64,000 nt of DNA from Candidatus Thalassarchaeaceae archaeon (GTDB lineage: Archaea > Thermoplasmatota > Poseidoniia > Poseidoniales > Thalassarchaeaceae): NCBI GenBank assembly GCA_023700255.1, contig JAJPRD010000002.1, forward strand, positions 42,748-106,747, written 5' to 3'. Numbering within the stretch: the stretch's first letter is position 1; the number at the start of each line of letters is the position of its first letter. The translations under genes were made by a program, and so were the position numbers. The notes beneath the pieces were generated by a model. That model searched no databases. It saw only the letters and a list, made by a program, of their open reading frames with translations, and had not been told where the DNA came from. This document shows positions 1 through 10,040 of this stretch, piece by piece.

Positions 1-131
1 TCAGTAGCTCATGCGTTTGAAATCGCTGATTTAGATATGCCATTGCTAGCTGAAAAAGTGTTAACAATCTGATACATTGAGAAATCAATTTAGAGCAATA
101 GTCATATCCTCAAGATACACGCTAAGCCTGT

Positions 132-3100
132 ATGTCTGAGATTCTATCGACGCGAAAGTACCTTGCGATTACTATTTGTTTACTTTTCTTATGTGTGCCA
201 ATTCTCAATTTCATTGATACCTCGGAGCAAATCGATTTTATTGAATATGAAGACTCTTCATTAGTTAGTAAGAATGTTTTAGGTATAAATTCTCCAGGCT
301 CTGAGAGATCAAATGTATTTTCTAATTCAATATTTGAACTTAATTCGGGTTCTCCATTATTAGTTCTTGATAATGGCTCAGTAGTCTCTTTCGTTAATGG
401 TACTCCTATTTTTACCGAAGGTGAAGTAATCTCTATTTCAGGTCAATGTTCCCTTTTAGTAAATTACAGCCTCTATTGCTCAGGCTTGAATAATTATGGC
501 CAACTTGGTCTAGGTAATCAACAATTATTGAGTGGTTATGTGGATTTTAATGGGAAGGTCACAGCAGCATTAAGCCAAGGTAATTCTCATTTTTGTGCAA
601 TTCTTGATGATGGTTCCGTATCTTGTTGGGGACGGAATAACAAAGGACAGTTGGGTGACGGTACGAATACAAATCAAAATTCTCCAACTTCAGTTGATCT
701 CGGTATTAATAAAACAGCAGTTTCCATATCCTCAGGATTAGATTTCACATGTGCTTTACTTAATACCGGAGAAGTATCTTGTTGGGGTGATAACTCATTT
801 GGAGTTTTTGCTAATGGGGCTACAAGTAATAGTAATGTACCTGTAATAGTTAACCACTCAATTGGTGAGCGAGTAGTTTCAATTTCTACACCAGGGTATA
901 GTGTGTGCGCTATATCTTCTACAGGGTCAATTAGTTGTTGGGGTGATTCATATACAATCTCATCACCTAATGGCGAATTAACAAATGGCTCGGTTTCTTT
1001 ATCGCTGCCCTCTGGTAGATCAGCAGTATCTCTTGATGGAACTAACTCTCATGCATGTGCGATATTAGATAATGGTACAATAAGCTGCTGGGGAGTTAAT
1101 ACTTATGGGCAAGTTGGAAATGGCGAGTGTTCTTCAGTTATACCATCTAGTGGTTGTTCTGGCTCCAATACAAATATTCCTCAAAATCTCGATACATCTT
1201 CGATAAACTTCACAGGTAATATGATTGCAGTTTCTTCTGGTTTAGAATCGACTTGTTCGATATCAGATGTGTATCAGATTTATTGTTGGGGTAATCAAAA
1301 TAGAGAATTTGATAATACTACAAATTCAATACATTCTCCTCTCTTAATGAATTTCACCGGTGGCTCAGAAATTTCTTTTTCAGATATGGATATGGATGGT
1401 GACGGCATATTCAACATATTAGATGTTCATATGCTAGGAGATGATGATGGGGACGGTGTACCTGCATCAAACGATCCTTATCCAAATAATCCTGCGCGAT
1501 GGATGAACTGTGATCTTGGTTCATGGGGTCGAATTAGTTGTACAGAGTCATCTCTTGGTCATTACTCTAATCTGAACTCATTATATCAGTCGGAATGCCA
1601 ATTAGGTGAGTATCAGCATCAATTAGGAAAATCCTACTGCAATGAAGCATCCTCTGGCCACTATGTTGATTCTCTCGCATCTCCTTCTCAATCAATATGT
1701 GAATTAGGGTATTATCAGATTAATATTAGTTCAAGCTCATGCACAAGGTCTAATTCAGGTAATTTTGTATCAAATATAACTGGTGACGCTGGTGATTCAA
1801 GTACTAACTTCAATAATCTTAGTTCTACTAGTGCAAGTTATACAGCTCGTATTAGTTCTCAATACGACGTTTATGATTATTATAAAATTAATCTTGAAAA
1901 ATCATATGGGCTATCTATAAATGTTGAGTCATCCAATGCAGAAATTGATATTTCATTATATAATTCATCTTTGGGAGTTATCGATTATAGTAACAATTTG
2001 GGCTCAAATGAATCAGTTAATACAAACGGAACATCTAGTTCATCTGCTCGTAATATCTATATTGTTGTTGAAAGAATAAACTCAACAGGTATATATTACA
2101 TGAATCTCAGTTACTTTAATGTTGATGACTCGCTATTATCTGGTGATTTATTCAATAGTATCGATGCAGAAATATCAGTGAATCAAATATTATGTTCAAT
2201 TGGTACTTATCAGCCTAATGAAGCGAGCAACTCTTGTATTAACGCAGGTCAAGGACATTTTGTTGCTAATTCTGGTGCATCGACACAAACTCCGTGTTCT
2301 CCAGGCTCATATCAGGGCTTAACTGGTGAATCCAGTTGTTTGACTACCTCTCCAGGTTACTACAGTTCTTCCTTTGCTTCCTTTATTCAAACTCCTGCGT
2401 CTCTTGGTCATTATGTGAATACCACTGGAGCTACTAGCCAACAAACTTGTCTTGCAGGTACTTATCAAAACCAGACTGCTCAAACCTCTTGTATTGATAC
2501 TAATGCTGGATATTATACCTCTAGTGCAGGATCTCCCGAGCAAATTCCATGCTCTAATGGTTCATATCAACCTAGTACTGCTGAAACCTCTTGTATTCTT
2601 GCATCTCCTGGTAATTATGTTTCAATGTCTGCATCTACAAATCAAATGCAATGCACACCTGGTAATTATCAACCTTATACAGGGCAGTCATCTTGTATAG
2701 ATGCAAGTCAAGGGAATTATTCATCTATTCCTGAATCTACTTCTCAGATTCCTTGTGAATCCGGTAGTTATCAACCTTATATCGGACAATTTCGATGTCT
2801 TCCTGCGTCTTCTGGTCATTATGTTCCAACAAATGGCTCAGCATCTCAGACACCTTGTGCTTTAGGTACATATCAACCTCTTGAATCTAGTATGACTTGC
2901 TTAGATGCTGACATAGGTCATTACGTTGATATATCAGGGTCATCATCTCAATTTCCTTGCAACTTGGGAACTTATAATCCAAATTCTGGTTCAAACAGTT
3001 CGAATGATTGTTTAACTGCTGATGAAGGTTATTATGTTTCAAGTGTAGGGTCATTTGAACAAAGTATCTGTTCACTAGGTACTTATCAGCCAAATACAGG

Positions 3101-4946
3101 GCAATCATCATGTATTTATGCTGATTCAGGGTACTTCGTTCATATTTATGGTTCTTTTACTCAATATCCTTGTGAGGCTGGAAGCTATCAACCTCAGACA
3201 GCTCAATCAGGTTGTTATGGAGCTGATTCTGGTCACTATGTCTCATCCAATGCATCGAATCAGCAAACTCCATGTTTGGTTGGAACATATAATCCATCAA
3301 TGTCTTCAACTAGTTCTGAATCATGTATTTCTGCAGATTCTGGCTATTTTGTTCAATCTGAAGGATCATCATCTCAAGATATTTGTTTAGAGGGCACTTA
3401 TCAGCCATCAGAAGGTTCAGAATCCTGTATTGATTCTCCCGAAGGGACTTTTGTTCTAAATGCTGGACAACCTGAATATGTTGAATGTTCAGCAGGTACA
3501 TATCAACCAGATAAAATGCAAACTTCCTGTATTATTACTGAGGAAGGGTATTTCACTGATATACCTAAATCTATAGTTCAAATTCCTTGTCAAGCAGGAA
3601 CGTATCAACCTAGTGCTGGTATGGCTTCTTGTTTAGATGCTGATATTGGATATTATGTTTCAGATGAGGGTCAATTATCTCAGCAATTGAATCCATTTGA
3701 TTTCTATACAGATTCTCCTGCAAGTACATTCCTTTGGGCTTGTCCAGTTAATCATATCACTATTATTCAAGGAGCGATTTCGGTTGATGATTGTATTTTA
3801 GATACTGATGGAGACCGAATTATCGATGTAGATGACCTTGATGATGATGGGGATGGTCGTTTAGATTCTGTTGATGACTGTAGCCCCGGTCTCATCGGAT
3901 GGATTAGTAATTCCTCTACTGATATTGATGGTGATGGTTGCCAAGATATTGGTGAAGATACTGATGATGACGGCGACCTGATTCTTGATCAATATGATGC
4001 TTTCCCGAAAGATTCTACTGAATCAATTGATACAGATTCTGATGGATTAGGTGATAATGCCGATTCAGATGATGATGATGATGGTTGGTTAGATTCAATG
4101 GAATTAATTTGTGAAACTGATCCTTATTTGTCTCAATCGATACCTTTGGATACGGATTTAGATTTAGAATGTGATGTAATAGATACTGATGATGATGGTG
4201 ACGGGTATTCAGATAGTCTTGATTGGAATAGTTTAGATGCGACAGAATGGGTCGATACTGATGGCGATGGAATTGGAAATAATGCCGATACCGATGACGA
4301 TGGAGATGGATGGTCTGATAGTGAAGAGATTCTAAGTGGTACAAACCCTTTGTTAGTTGATACAGATAATGATGGTTATATTGATTCCGAAGATGTTTTC
4401 CCTATCGATATAACAGAATGGCTAGACTCAGATGGTGATGGAACTGGTGATCAATCAGATTCTCATCCGGATTTCAAATATTTTCAAACAAATCTTCAGT
4501 TTGTATTAGCAATATTTGGAGGCATACTGACACTCACTGTATTCGGTTATCTCGGAGTCATTGCTCTCCGAAGGGGGAAGGTTGAAGATACTGAAATCTC
4601 TGAAGAAAATAAACCAGTTATTGAAGTAGATTATCCTCACGAAGGAATGGTCTTTGAAAATGATATTTCTAAATCATCTATTGGCGAACAAATTGAATCG
4701 GAAGATGAAGAGAGAGTTGTTGAAGAAGAAAGAGATACATCACATATCGATGCCTTACTAAGTGAATTACCCACTCCACCCAAACCTAATTCTATCCTAC
4801 CTCCCGAAGGAACTTCTGTTAATGAGTATGGACAGAAAGTTTGGGCAGATGAAACAGGACAAGTATGGTGCCAAAATTTAGATGGTTCAATTCTAAGGCA
4901 TGATGCTGCGACTGGTGGATGGATTCAATACCATAGTGAATTCTAG
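132..4946 (+). CDS. Giant membrane-anchored surface protein (RCC1-like propeller, PPC-like domain, Cys-rich GxYQ repeats, TSP3-like Ca-binding repeats, C-terminal TM helix and cytoplasmic tail)
   Basis: A single 1604-aa ORF. It has an N-terminal hydrophobic anchor ([18 protein letters not shown]). Repeated SCWGxNxxGQLGxG motifs are typical of RCC1 blades. [12 protein letters not shown]...IDISLYNSS segment resembles a pre-peptidase C-terminal domain. Fourteen contiguous 34-aa CxxGxYQPxxxxxxC...GxYV...Q modules follow, then DTDGDGxxD runs. The TM helix is [23 protein letters not shown], followed by an acidic tail. Confidence 0.9.
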   Translation: MSEILSTRKYLAITICLLFLCVPILNFIDTSEQIDFIEYEDSSLVSKNVLGINSPGSERSNVFSNSIFELNSGSPLLVLDNGSVVSFVNGTPIFTEGEVISISGQCSLLVNYSLYCSGLNNYGQLGLGNQQLLSGYVDFNGKVTAALSQGNSHFCAILDDGSVSCWGRNNKGQLGDGTNTNQNSPTSVDLGINKTAVSISSGLDFTCALLNTGEVSCWGDNSFGVFANGATSNSNVPVIVNHSIGERVVSISTPGYSVCAISSTGSISCWGDSYTISSPNGELTNGSVSLSLPSGRSAVSLDGTNSHACAILDNGTISCWGVNTYGQVGNGECSSVIPSSGCSGSNTNIPQNLDTSSINFTGNMIAVSSGLESTCSISDVYQIYCWGNQNREFDNTTNSIHSPLLMNFTGGSEISFSDMDMDGDGIFNILDVHMLGDDDGDGVPASNDPYPNNPARWMNCDLGSWGRISCTESSLGHYSNLNSLYQSECQLGEYQHQLGKSYCNEASSGHYVDSLASPSQSICELGYYQINISSSSCTRSNSGNFVSNITGDAGDSSTNFNNLSSTSASYTARISSQYDVYDYYKINLEKSYGLSINVESSNAEIDISLYNSSLGVIDYSNNLGSNESVNTNGTSSSSARNIYIVVERINSTGIYYMNLSYFNVDDSLLSGDLFNSIDAEISVNQILCSIGTYQPNEASNSCINAGQGHFVANSGASTQTPCSPGSYQGLTGESSCLTTSPGYYSSSFASFIQTPASLGHYVNTTGATSQQTCLAGTYQNQTAQTSCIDTNAGYYTSSAGSPEQIPCSNGSYQPSTAETSCILASPGNYVSMSASTNQMQCTPGNYQPYTGQSSCIDASQGNYSSIPESTSQIPCESGSYQPYIGQFRCLPASSGHYVPTNGSASQTPCALGTYQPLESSMTCLDADIGHYVDISGSSSQFPCNLGTYNPNSGSNSSNDCLTADEGYYVSSVGSFEQSICSLGTYQPNTGQSSCIYADSGYFVHIYGSFTQYPCEAGSYQPQTAQSGCYGADSGHYVSSNASNQQTPCLVGTYNPSMSSTSSESCISADSGYFVQSEGSSSQDICLEGTYQPSEGSESCIDSPEGTFVLNAGQPEYVECSAGTYQPDKMQTSCIITEEGYFTDIPKSIVQIPCQAGTYQPSAGMASCLDADIGYYVSDEGQLSQQLNPFDFYTDSPASTFLWACPVNHITIIQGAISVDDCILDTDGDRIIDVDDLDDDGDGRLDSVDDCSPGLIGWISNSSTDIDGDGCQDIGEDTDDDGDLILDQYDAFPKDSTESIDTDSDGLGDNADSDDDDDGWLDSMELICETDPYLSQSIPLDTDLDLECDVIDTDDDGDGYSDSLDWNSLDATEWVDTDGDGIGNNADTDDDGDGWSDSEEILSGTNPLLVDTDNDGYIDSEDVFPIDITEWLDSDGDGTGDQSDSHPDFKYFQTNLQFVLAIFGGILTLTVFGYLGVIALRRGKVEDTEISEENKPVIEVDYPHEGMVFENDISKSSIGEQIESEDEERVVEEERDTSHIDALLSELPTPPKPNSILPPEGTSVNEYGQKVWADETGQVWCQNLDGSILRHDAATGGWIQYHSEF
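2190..3690 (+). repeat. Coding tandem array of about 14 Cys-rich modules, 34 aa (102 bp) each
   Basis: Consecutive units begin CSIG, CSPG, CLAG, CSNG, CTPG, CESG, CALG, CNLG, CSLG, CEAG, CLVG, CLEG, CSAG and CQAG. Each carries GxYQ(P/N), a second Cys about 14 residues later, and G(H/Y/N)(Y/F)V. Two units are 37 aa instead of 34. Confidence 0.85.
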
Positions 4947-5923
4947 AATTGGATTACATTGGCTCCCCAAGCTAGTCCTCCACCAAATGCTGCAGTAACG
5001 ACCAAATCTCCTTCATTGATGAGTCCTTTTTCCATAGCTTCATGCATAGCAATTGGTACACTTGCACCTGCTGTATTGCCATATTTATGCAAATTAGTAA
5101 ATGTTTTATCCATATCTAGCCCTAACTTTTCCATACCAGTTTGTATTATGTTTATATTTGCTTGATGTGGTATAATTAGGTCAATGTCTTCAATCTCTTT
5201 TCCGGCTTTTGAAAGAGCATTCCTTACTGCTTGTGGGAATGCCTCGATAGCGAAATCCCAGACTGCTCTTCCATCCATATGGAAATATTGTTGGCCATCT
5301 TTGAAATCATCAGAGTTAAATGGTGTTCTGACACCTCCTGCAGGGATCTCAATTACTGATGACCCCGATCCATCTGACATTAACCAGGTACCTAGAATTC
5401 CCTTCCCTGATTCTACTTCTGAAAGTACTGCTGCTCCGGCTCCATCTCCAAATAATACACATGTAGCGCGGTCATTCCAATTAAGTATCCTTGAGTAGAT
5501 TTCTGATCCTACGACAAGCACATTTTGATAACCATCTGTTCCTACAAATCTGGATCCTATATCTAATGCATGAACCCATCCTGCACAAACAGCATTTATA
5601 TCAAAAGCAGCACAATCGACACATCCTAGTTTATGTTGAATAATTCCTGCAGTTGATGACAGAGGTACATCTGGTGAAGAAGTCGCTAGAATTATCAAAT
5701 CAATATCTTCAGGAAGTAAATTTGCATTCTTTATTGCTTGTTTACATGCTTCTACTGCAAGATCTGATGTACTGACATTTGGTTCAGCAATTCTTCTTTT
5801 TTTCATGCCAGTTTTCGTGGTAATCCACTCATCGCTAGTATCTACATATTTCATCCAATCTTCATTGCTCATTTCATTAGGAGGAACATATGCTCCTAAG
5901 CCGATTATACCAACAGATGCCAT
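4943..5923 (-). CDS. fabH: 3-oxoacyl-ACP synthase III (KAS III, FabH-type)
   Basis: 326 aa. The full Cys-His-Asn triad sits in FabH-like contexts: [23 protein letters not shown] and [15 protein letters not shown]-terminus is [10 protein letters not shown] and C-terminus is AFGGGLAWG. Confidence 0.85.
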   Translation of the reverse strand: MASVGIIGLGAYVPPNEMSNEDWMKYVDTSDEWITTKTGMKKRRIAEPNVSTSDLAVEACKQAIKNANLLPEDIDLIILATSSPDVPLSSTAGIIQHKLGCVDCAAFDINAVCAGWVHALDIGSRFVGTDGYQNVLVVGSEIYSRILNWNDRATCVLFGDGAGAAVLSEVESGKGILGTWLMSDGSGSSVIEIPAGGVRTPFNSDDFKDGQQYFHMDGRAVWDFAIEAFPQAVRNALSKAGKEIEDIDLIIPHQANINIIQTGMEKLGLDMDKTFTNLHKYGNTAGASVPIAMHEAMEKGLINEGDLVVTAAFGGGLAWGANVIQF

Positions 5924-6058
5924 ATTATCGGGCTTTGCTGGAGAACTATACTTTCAGTCTTACCGCTTTTTTCTTTATTCAGATGCATTATTACTTAATT
6001 GAAGCATTATTCACAATAATAAGCCAAACATGAAATCTAAGAAGCCTATCTTAGGTGC

Positions 6059-7420
6059 ATGGCATCATTTGGAGAACACCCTCCGTTACCTGAAACTCTC
6101 GAGTCACTTTTACTCGATGAGACTGTATCTACTATCTTTTTGAAAGCAGAATGTAAGCCTAGAGTTAAGAGTGGGCATATATCCTCTCTAAGCTTAAATG
6201 ACCTAGACAGAGAACCTTGGGACAAACCATCCTTGGAAGATCTCTCAGATGATTTATCGTTAATAATTGAACAAAATACCTCTCGTTCAGATTGTTTTGT
6301 AGAAATTCAAAGAGAAGGGTGTAAAGTAATGCAAATTGGTGACCTAAGAGTCAGTTGTGCTTGGCCACCTTTTTCAGATGCTTGGGAAATAACTGTAGTA
6401 AGACCTGTGGCAAATTTGAAATTGTCTGATTACCAATTAGATCAAGAATTAATAAATAGGATTTCTAATCATCATCGCGGAATATTTGTGGTAGGTAAAC
6501 CTGGTTCAGGGAAAACAACTTTTGCTCAAGCAATCGCATCATATCTTGACACGGATATGGGTTTTATGGTTAAAACAATGGAATCACCTCGGGATTTACA
6601 AGTTCCTCAGAGAGTGACTCAATATGCTCCTTTAGAGGGGGATCTAGAAAAAACGGCTGAAATCATATTTTTATTAAGGCCTGACTTTGTAATATTTGAT
6701 GAAGTCAGACGTACAAGGGATTTTGAAATATTTGGCGATGTACGTTTAGCGGGTGTCGGTCTTTTAGGAGTTACACATGCCAATAGTGGTCTTCAAGCGA
6801 TTCAAAGACTTGTAGGTAAAGTTGAATTAGGTCTAATATCTCAGGTATTAGATACAGTTATCCATATTGAAAAAGGAAAAATAAATCAAGTTTTAGAATT
6901 AAAAATGGTAGTTAGAGCACCCACTGGCATGGAATCAGATTTAAGTCGCCCTGTAATCGAAATCCGGGAATTCCCATCTAATGTCTTAACACATGAGATG
7001 TTTGCATTTGGTTCCGAGATTGCAGTAGTTCCTGTTAATGGTGAAGGGGAAGAGGGAGGTAGTCCTGCTTGGAAATTGGCTGCGGAAGAACTCAAAAGAG
7101 AAACTACTAGGCTTACTGGTATTACTGTAAAACATGCTAAATTCATAACTGATTCATCTGCTGCAATTTATGTTGATGATTCAGCAATTGGATCAATAAT
7201 TGGTTCAGGTGGTGAAGGAATTCGTAGGCTCGAACAAGATGTTGGTGTCAAACTTGATGTTAACTCAATTCAAGAGTTACCTCGAGGTCTAAGGAAGAAA
7301 TTAGAAAAAAATAATTATCAAGATGTAGATACAAGTTCTTGGTCAAACAAACCGGGACGGAATTGGGATGCTAATTCTGGAAAAAGTAAGAAAGGAAAAG
7401 GACGCAAAAATCGGCGTTAA
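6059..7420 (+). CDS. PilT/PhoH-like P-loop ATPase with C-terminal KH domain and basic tail
   Basis: Walker A is VVGKPGSGKTTFA and a Walker B-like element is DFVIFDEVR. A KH GxxG element is IIGSGGEGIRRLEQDVGVKLDV. The C-terminus is KSKKGKGRKNRR. This architecture matches the conserved archaeal ATPase-KH family. Confidence 0.75.
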   Translation: MASFGEHPPLPETLESLLLDETVSTIFLKAECKPRVKSGHISSLSLNDLDREPWDKPSLEDLSDDLSLIIEQNTSRSDCFVEIQREGCKVMQIGDLRVSCAWPPFSDAWEITVVRPVANLKLSDYQLDQELINRISNHHRGIFVVGKPGSGKTTFAQAIASYLDTDMGFMVKTMESPRDLQVPQRVTQYAPLEGDLEKTAEIIFLLRPDFVIFDEVRRTRDFEIFGDVRLAGVGLLGVTHANSGLQAIQRLVGKVELGLISQVLDTVIHIEKGKINQVLELKMVVRAPTGMESDLSRPVIEIREFPSNVLTHEMFAFGSEIAVVPVNGEGEEGGSPAWKLAAEELKRETTRLTGITVKHAKFITDSSAAIYVDDSAIGSIIGSGGEGIRRLEQDVGVKLDVNSIQELPRGLRKKLEKNNYQDVDTSSWSNKPGRNWDANSGKSKKGKGRKNRR

Positions 7421-8923
7421 TTAGTCGTATTTGGTGCATATGTTCATTGTTTCAGAGAAAAATCCGAGGCTCCATTTACCACCTTCTCGGCCAACTCCTG
7501 AATCTTTTACTCCTCCAAAGGGTACTCTCAAATCTCTGTGGAGCCATGTATTGATCCATATCATCCCCGTGTGAATTTGTTCTGCAACTCTGTTTCCTTT
7601 CTCCAAATCAGTGGTCCATATGCTTCCAGCTAAACCATATCTAGTATTATTTGCAATTTTTATTGCATCTTCTTCACTACTGAACTTATGAATTGTTACG
7701 ATGGGTCCAAATATTTCCTCAGTTGAACACCGGGAGTTAACTTTCAAGTCTGCTATAACCGTTGGTGCAATCCAATTACCTTTTTCAAATTCTTTTGGTA
7801 AGCAGGGGTATCCTCCCGTTAGAATAGTCCCACCTTCATCTTTCGCAATATGTATATATTCTTCAATCTTCAATAGATGTTCAGGTGATATTAATGCTCC
7901 TAACTTAGTATCTTCATTTGATGGGTCACCAATTTTCATGTTTTCAACTTCATTTACAAATCTCTCGACAAATTCATCATAGATACTTTCTTGCACAAGT
8001 ATTCTACTTCCACAAAGACAAACTTGTCCTTGATTCAAAAAACCGGATCTTACGACTCCAGGTACTGTTTTATCCAGATCACAGTCATTGAATATAATGC
8101 TTGAATTTTTCCCACCTAATTCTAGACTTAACTTCTTGAATGATGGTGCCGCTGATTGTGCAACAATTGCTCCTGTTGAGGTTCCTCCAGTGAATGAAAC
8201 GAGATTTACATCTTGGTGTGATACTAACGGTGACCCTGCACCAATTCCATCTCCATGGACAAGATTAATTACTCCTTTTGGAAGTCCGATTTCATGAATT
8301 GCTTTCATTAATAAATCCGCAGTCATTGGTGTTAATTCACTTGGTTTACAAACAACTGTATTGCCCATGCCGATTGCAGGTGCAACTTTCCAAGATAATA
8401 AATAAAGAGGTAAATTCCACGGAGTAATTAATGCACCTATACCTACTGGTTTGTAGATTATTCTGTTATTTGCATCTTCCATTTCAAAGTGTTCCGATTC
8501 CAAATTTCTAATGATTTCTGCGAAAAATCTGAAATTTTTCACCGATCTATAAGCATCAACTTCTCTTGCTAGTGAAATTGGTTTCCCTGTATCTTTGCTC
8601 TCTAATTGAGCAATTTCTTCATATTTTGATTCTAAATTATCTGCAATTTTATCTAACCATTCTGATCTTTCAACATGTGTTAAAGATGACCATGATGGCA
8701 AAGCATCTTTCGCTGCTTGAACTGCTTTATTGACATCGCTCTTTTGAGATTTTGGAACATGCCCAATGATTTCTCCTGTAGCTGGAGAATAATCCTCCAT
8801 CCATTCTCCCGAATCTGGTTCTATGAATGAACCTGAGATGTAATTCTGGAGTTTCACTTTATCACTCCATACCGCCTTCATTAGAAAAAGGGTCTTTTCG
8901 AGACATAGCAGCGGAGTACTCAT
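7421..8923 (-). CDS. NAD(P)-dependent aldehyde dehydrogenase
   Basis: ALDH signatures are LSLELGGKNSSIIF and NQGQVCLCGSR (catalytic Cys), plus FTGGTSTG and EEIFGPV. The true start is probably MKAVWSD at 8881. Confidence 0.9.
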   Translation of the reverse strand: MSTPLLCLEKTLFLMKAVWSDKVKLQNYISGSFIEPDSGEWMEDYSPATGEIIGHVPKSQKSDVNKAVQAAKDALPSWSSLTHVERSEWLDKIADNLESKYEEIAQLESKDTGKPISLAREVDAYRSVKNFRFFAEIIRNLESEHFEMEDANNRIIYKPVGIGALITPWNLPLYLLSWKVAPAIGMGNTVVCKPSELTPMTADLLMKAIHEIGLPKGVINLVHGDGIGAGSPLVSHQDVNLVSFTGGTSTGAIVAQSAAPSFKKLSLELGGKNSSIIFNDCDLDKTVPGVVRSGFLNQGQVCLCGSRILVQESIYDEFVERFVNEVENMKIGDPSNEDTKLGALISPEHLLKIEEYIHIAKDEGGTILTGGYPCLPKEFEKGNWIAPTVIADLKVNSRCSTEEIFGPIVTIHKFSSEEDAIKIANNTRYGLAGSIWTTDLEKGNRVAEQIHTGMIWINTWLHRDLRVPFGGVKDSGVGREGGKWSLGFFSETMNICTKYD

Positions 8924-10040
8924 TCCAGTCTAAATTGAACCTGTCTTGGTCAGGGTCCCATTCATCCCATGTTACAACCTTTTCTAGAGCACTTTGATAT
9001 TGCTCAGGTACAATACCTGGTACAATAAATGCTTTTTGTCGATGCAATGGGTAAGGATTTCTCAATTCAATGCCTAGAACTCCTAAAACTGCTCTTGCTA
9101 CATACCATGTTGCTTGTGAATTCCATCCATGTGCGATTTTTATTACTACTCCTAGGCCTTTCGGCCAGTCAGGATGTTCTATTGCTAGACCGAGTAAACC
9201 ATCAGCTCCTTCTTTAGCGATTAGTTTACCATCTCCTGCTTTTAGACATGTTGAATCAAGACGATTGAAACCACCTATCAGGTCAGGACTTTTATTCATT
9301 GCTTCCCATATCCAATCATCATCTTTATTCGTGGCGAGTCCTGCAAACATTACTGCAAGTTCGTCAACAGTGTTGGATACAGTTGGAAGACCACAACCAT
9401 CCTTAGCGACTCTTTGAGGGTTCCAATCAGGTTTACCCATGTAATCTCTAAGTACATCTAAGAAAAGAGGAAACCAAGGTGAACTAGGAAGTGTGTAACC
9501 AGCTCTATTAATCCCCATTTTCCGTAACCCTTTCAGCATTGCTGCATGCTCTCCCGAACAGGTATGAAACCATCTTCGTGGCCTTCTTACTTGTCTTCCA
9601 AATTGAATTAATGGTACATCTAGAGGGCATTGCATCAATCCCCATTCAGATTCTGTTAGGATCGACTGTGCTGCAGCTACATGTTCCGTATCTCCATTGT
9701 GTGATGAACAAGAAATTGCTTTTTGTTCCCAATTTAATTCCTCATCTAAAACTTCAGCAAAGGTTTTCATCATTAGTGGCTTCATCATAGACCGGCCATA
9801 TACGAGAACATTCCCTCCAAATGAATGCACAATTTCATTTCCATGTGCCCAGGCAACAGCTCCATGTATTGTATTTTCAGATATATCCATTCTCCTGAAA
9901 TCAACTAAAGGCTCCCATTCTACATCTCTCCCTGTAGCAATACCTTCATGCTTTTCTCCTAATGGATTGGTGGGGAAAACTCCTGAACCCGGTCTACCTG
10001 GTGATACGGAAGATGGTTGTATTTTCTTCTTTTGACTCAT
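8862..10040 (-). CDS. Asparaginase_II-family (thermolabile asparaginase-like) protein
   Basis: HGAVAWAHGNEIVHSFGGN..VYGRSMMKPLMMKTF...SCSSHNGDTEHVAAA matches my recollection of the Rhizobium-type asparaginase II family pattern (hrG.vav...pRSa.KP.Qalp..aCaSHsGe.eHv). Its start overlaps the upstream gene's stop (ATGA). Confidence 0.65.
   Translation of the reverse strand: MSQKKKIQPSSVSPGRPGSGVFPTNPLGEKHEGIATGRDVEWEPLVDFRRMDISENTIHGAVAWAHGNEIVHSFGGNVLVYGRSMMKPLMMKTFAEVLDEELNWEQKAISCSSHNGDTEHVAAAQSILTESEWGLMQCPLDVPLIQFGRQVRRPRRWFHTCSGEHAAMLKGLRKMGINRAGYTLPSSPWFPLFLDVLRDYMGKPDWNPQRVAKDGCGLPTVSNTVDELAVMFAGLATNKDDDWIWEAMNKSPDLIGGFNRLDSTCLKAGDGKLIAKEGADGLLGLAIEHPDWPKGLGVVIKIAHGWNSQATWYVARAVLGVLGIELRNPYPLHRQKAFIVPGIVPEQYQSALEKVVTWDEWDPDQDRFNLDWNEYSAAMSRKDPFSNEGGME

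Noticed and set aside
1-72. An open frame running from the window edge to a TGA at 70-72, possibly the 3' end of an upstream plus-strand gene
   Set aside because: Only 23 codons are visible (..SVAHAFEIADLDMPLLAEKVLTI) and no motif is recognisable. It cannot be supported as a feature.
2190-3690. Strong 102-bp periodicity that could superficially resemble a repeat array
   Set aside because: The period is in-frame and encodes the 34-aa Cys-rich protein modules of the 1604-aa ORF. Units are contiguous with no spacer structure, so this is not a CRISPR or satellite array.
4015-4344. A 109-aa His-rich antisense ORF, together with other short ORFs inside the giant gene (2319-2543, 2452-2700, 2887-3111, 3118-3390, 3310-3501)
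   Set aside because: All lie within the 1604-aa ORF. Their odd composition (poly-His/Leu) is what GAT/GGT-rich repeat DNA yields in other frames. No motifs are present.
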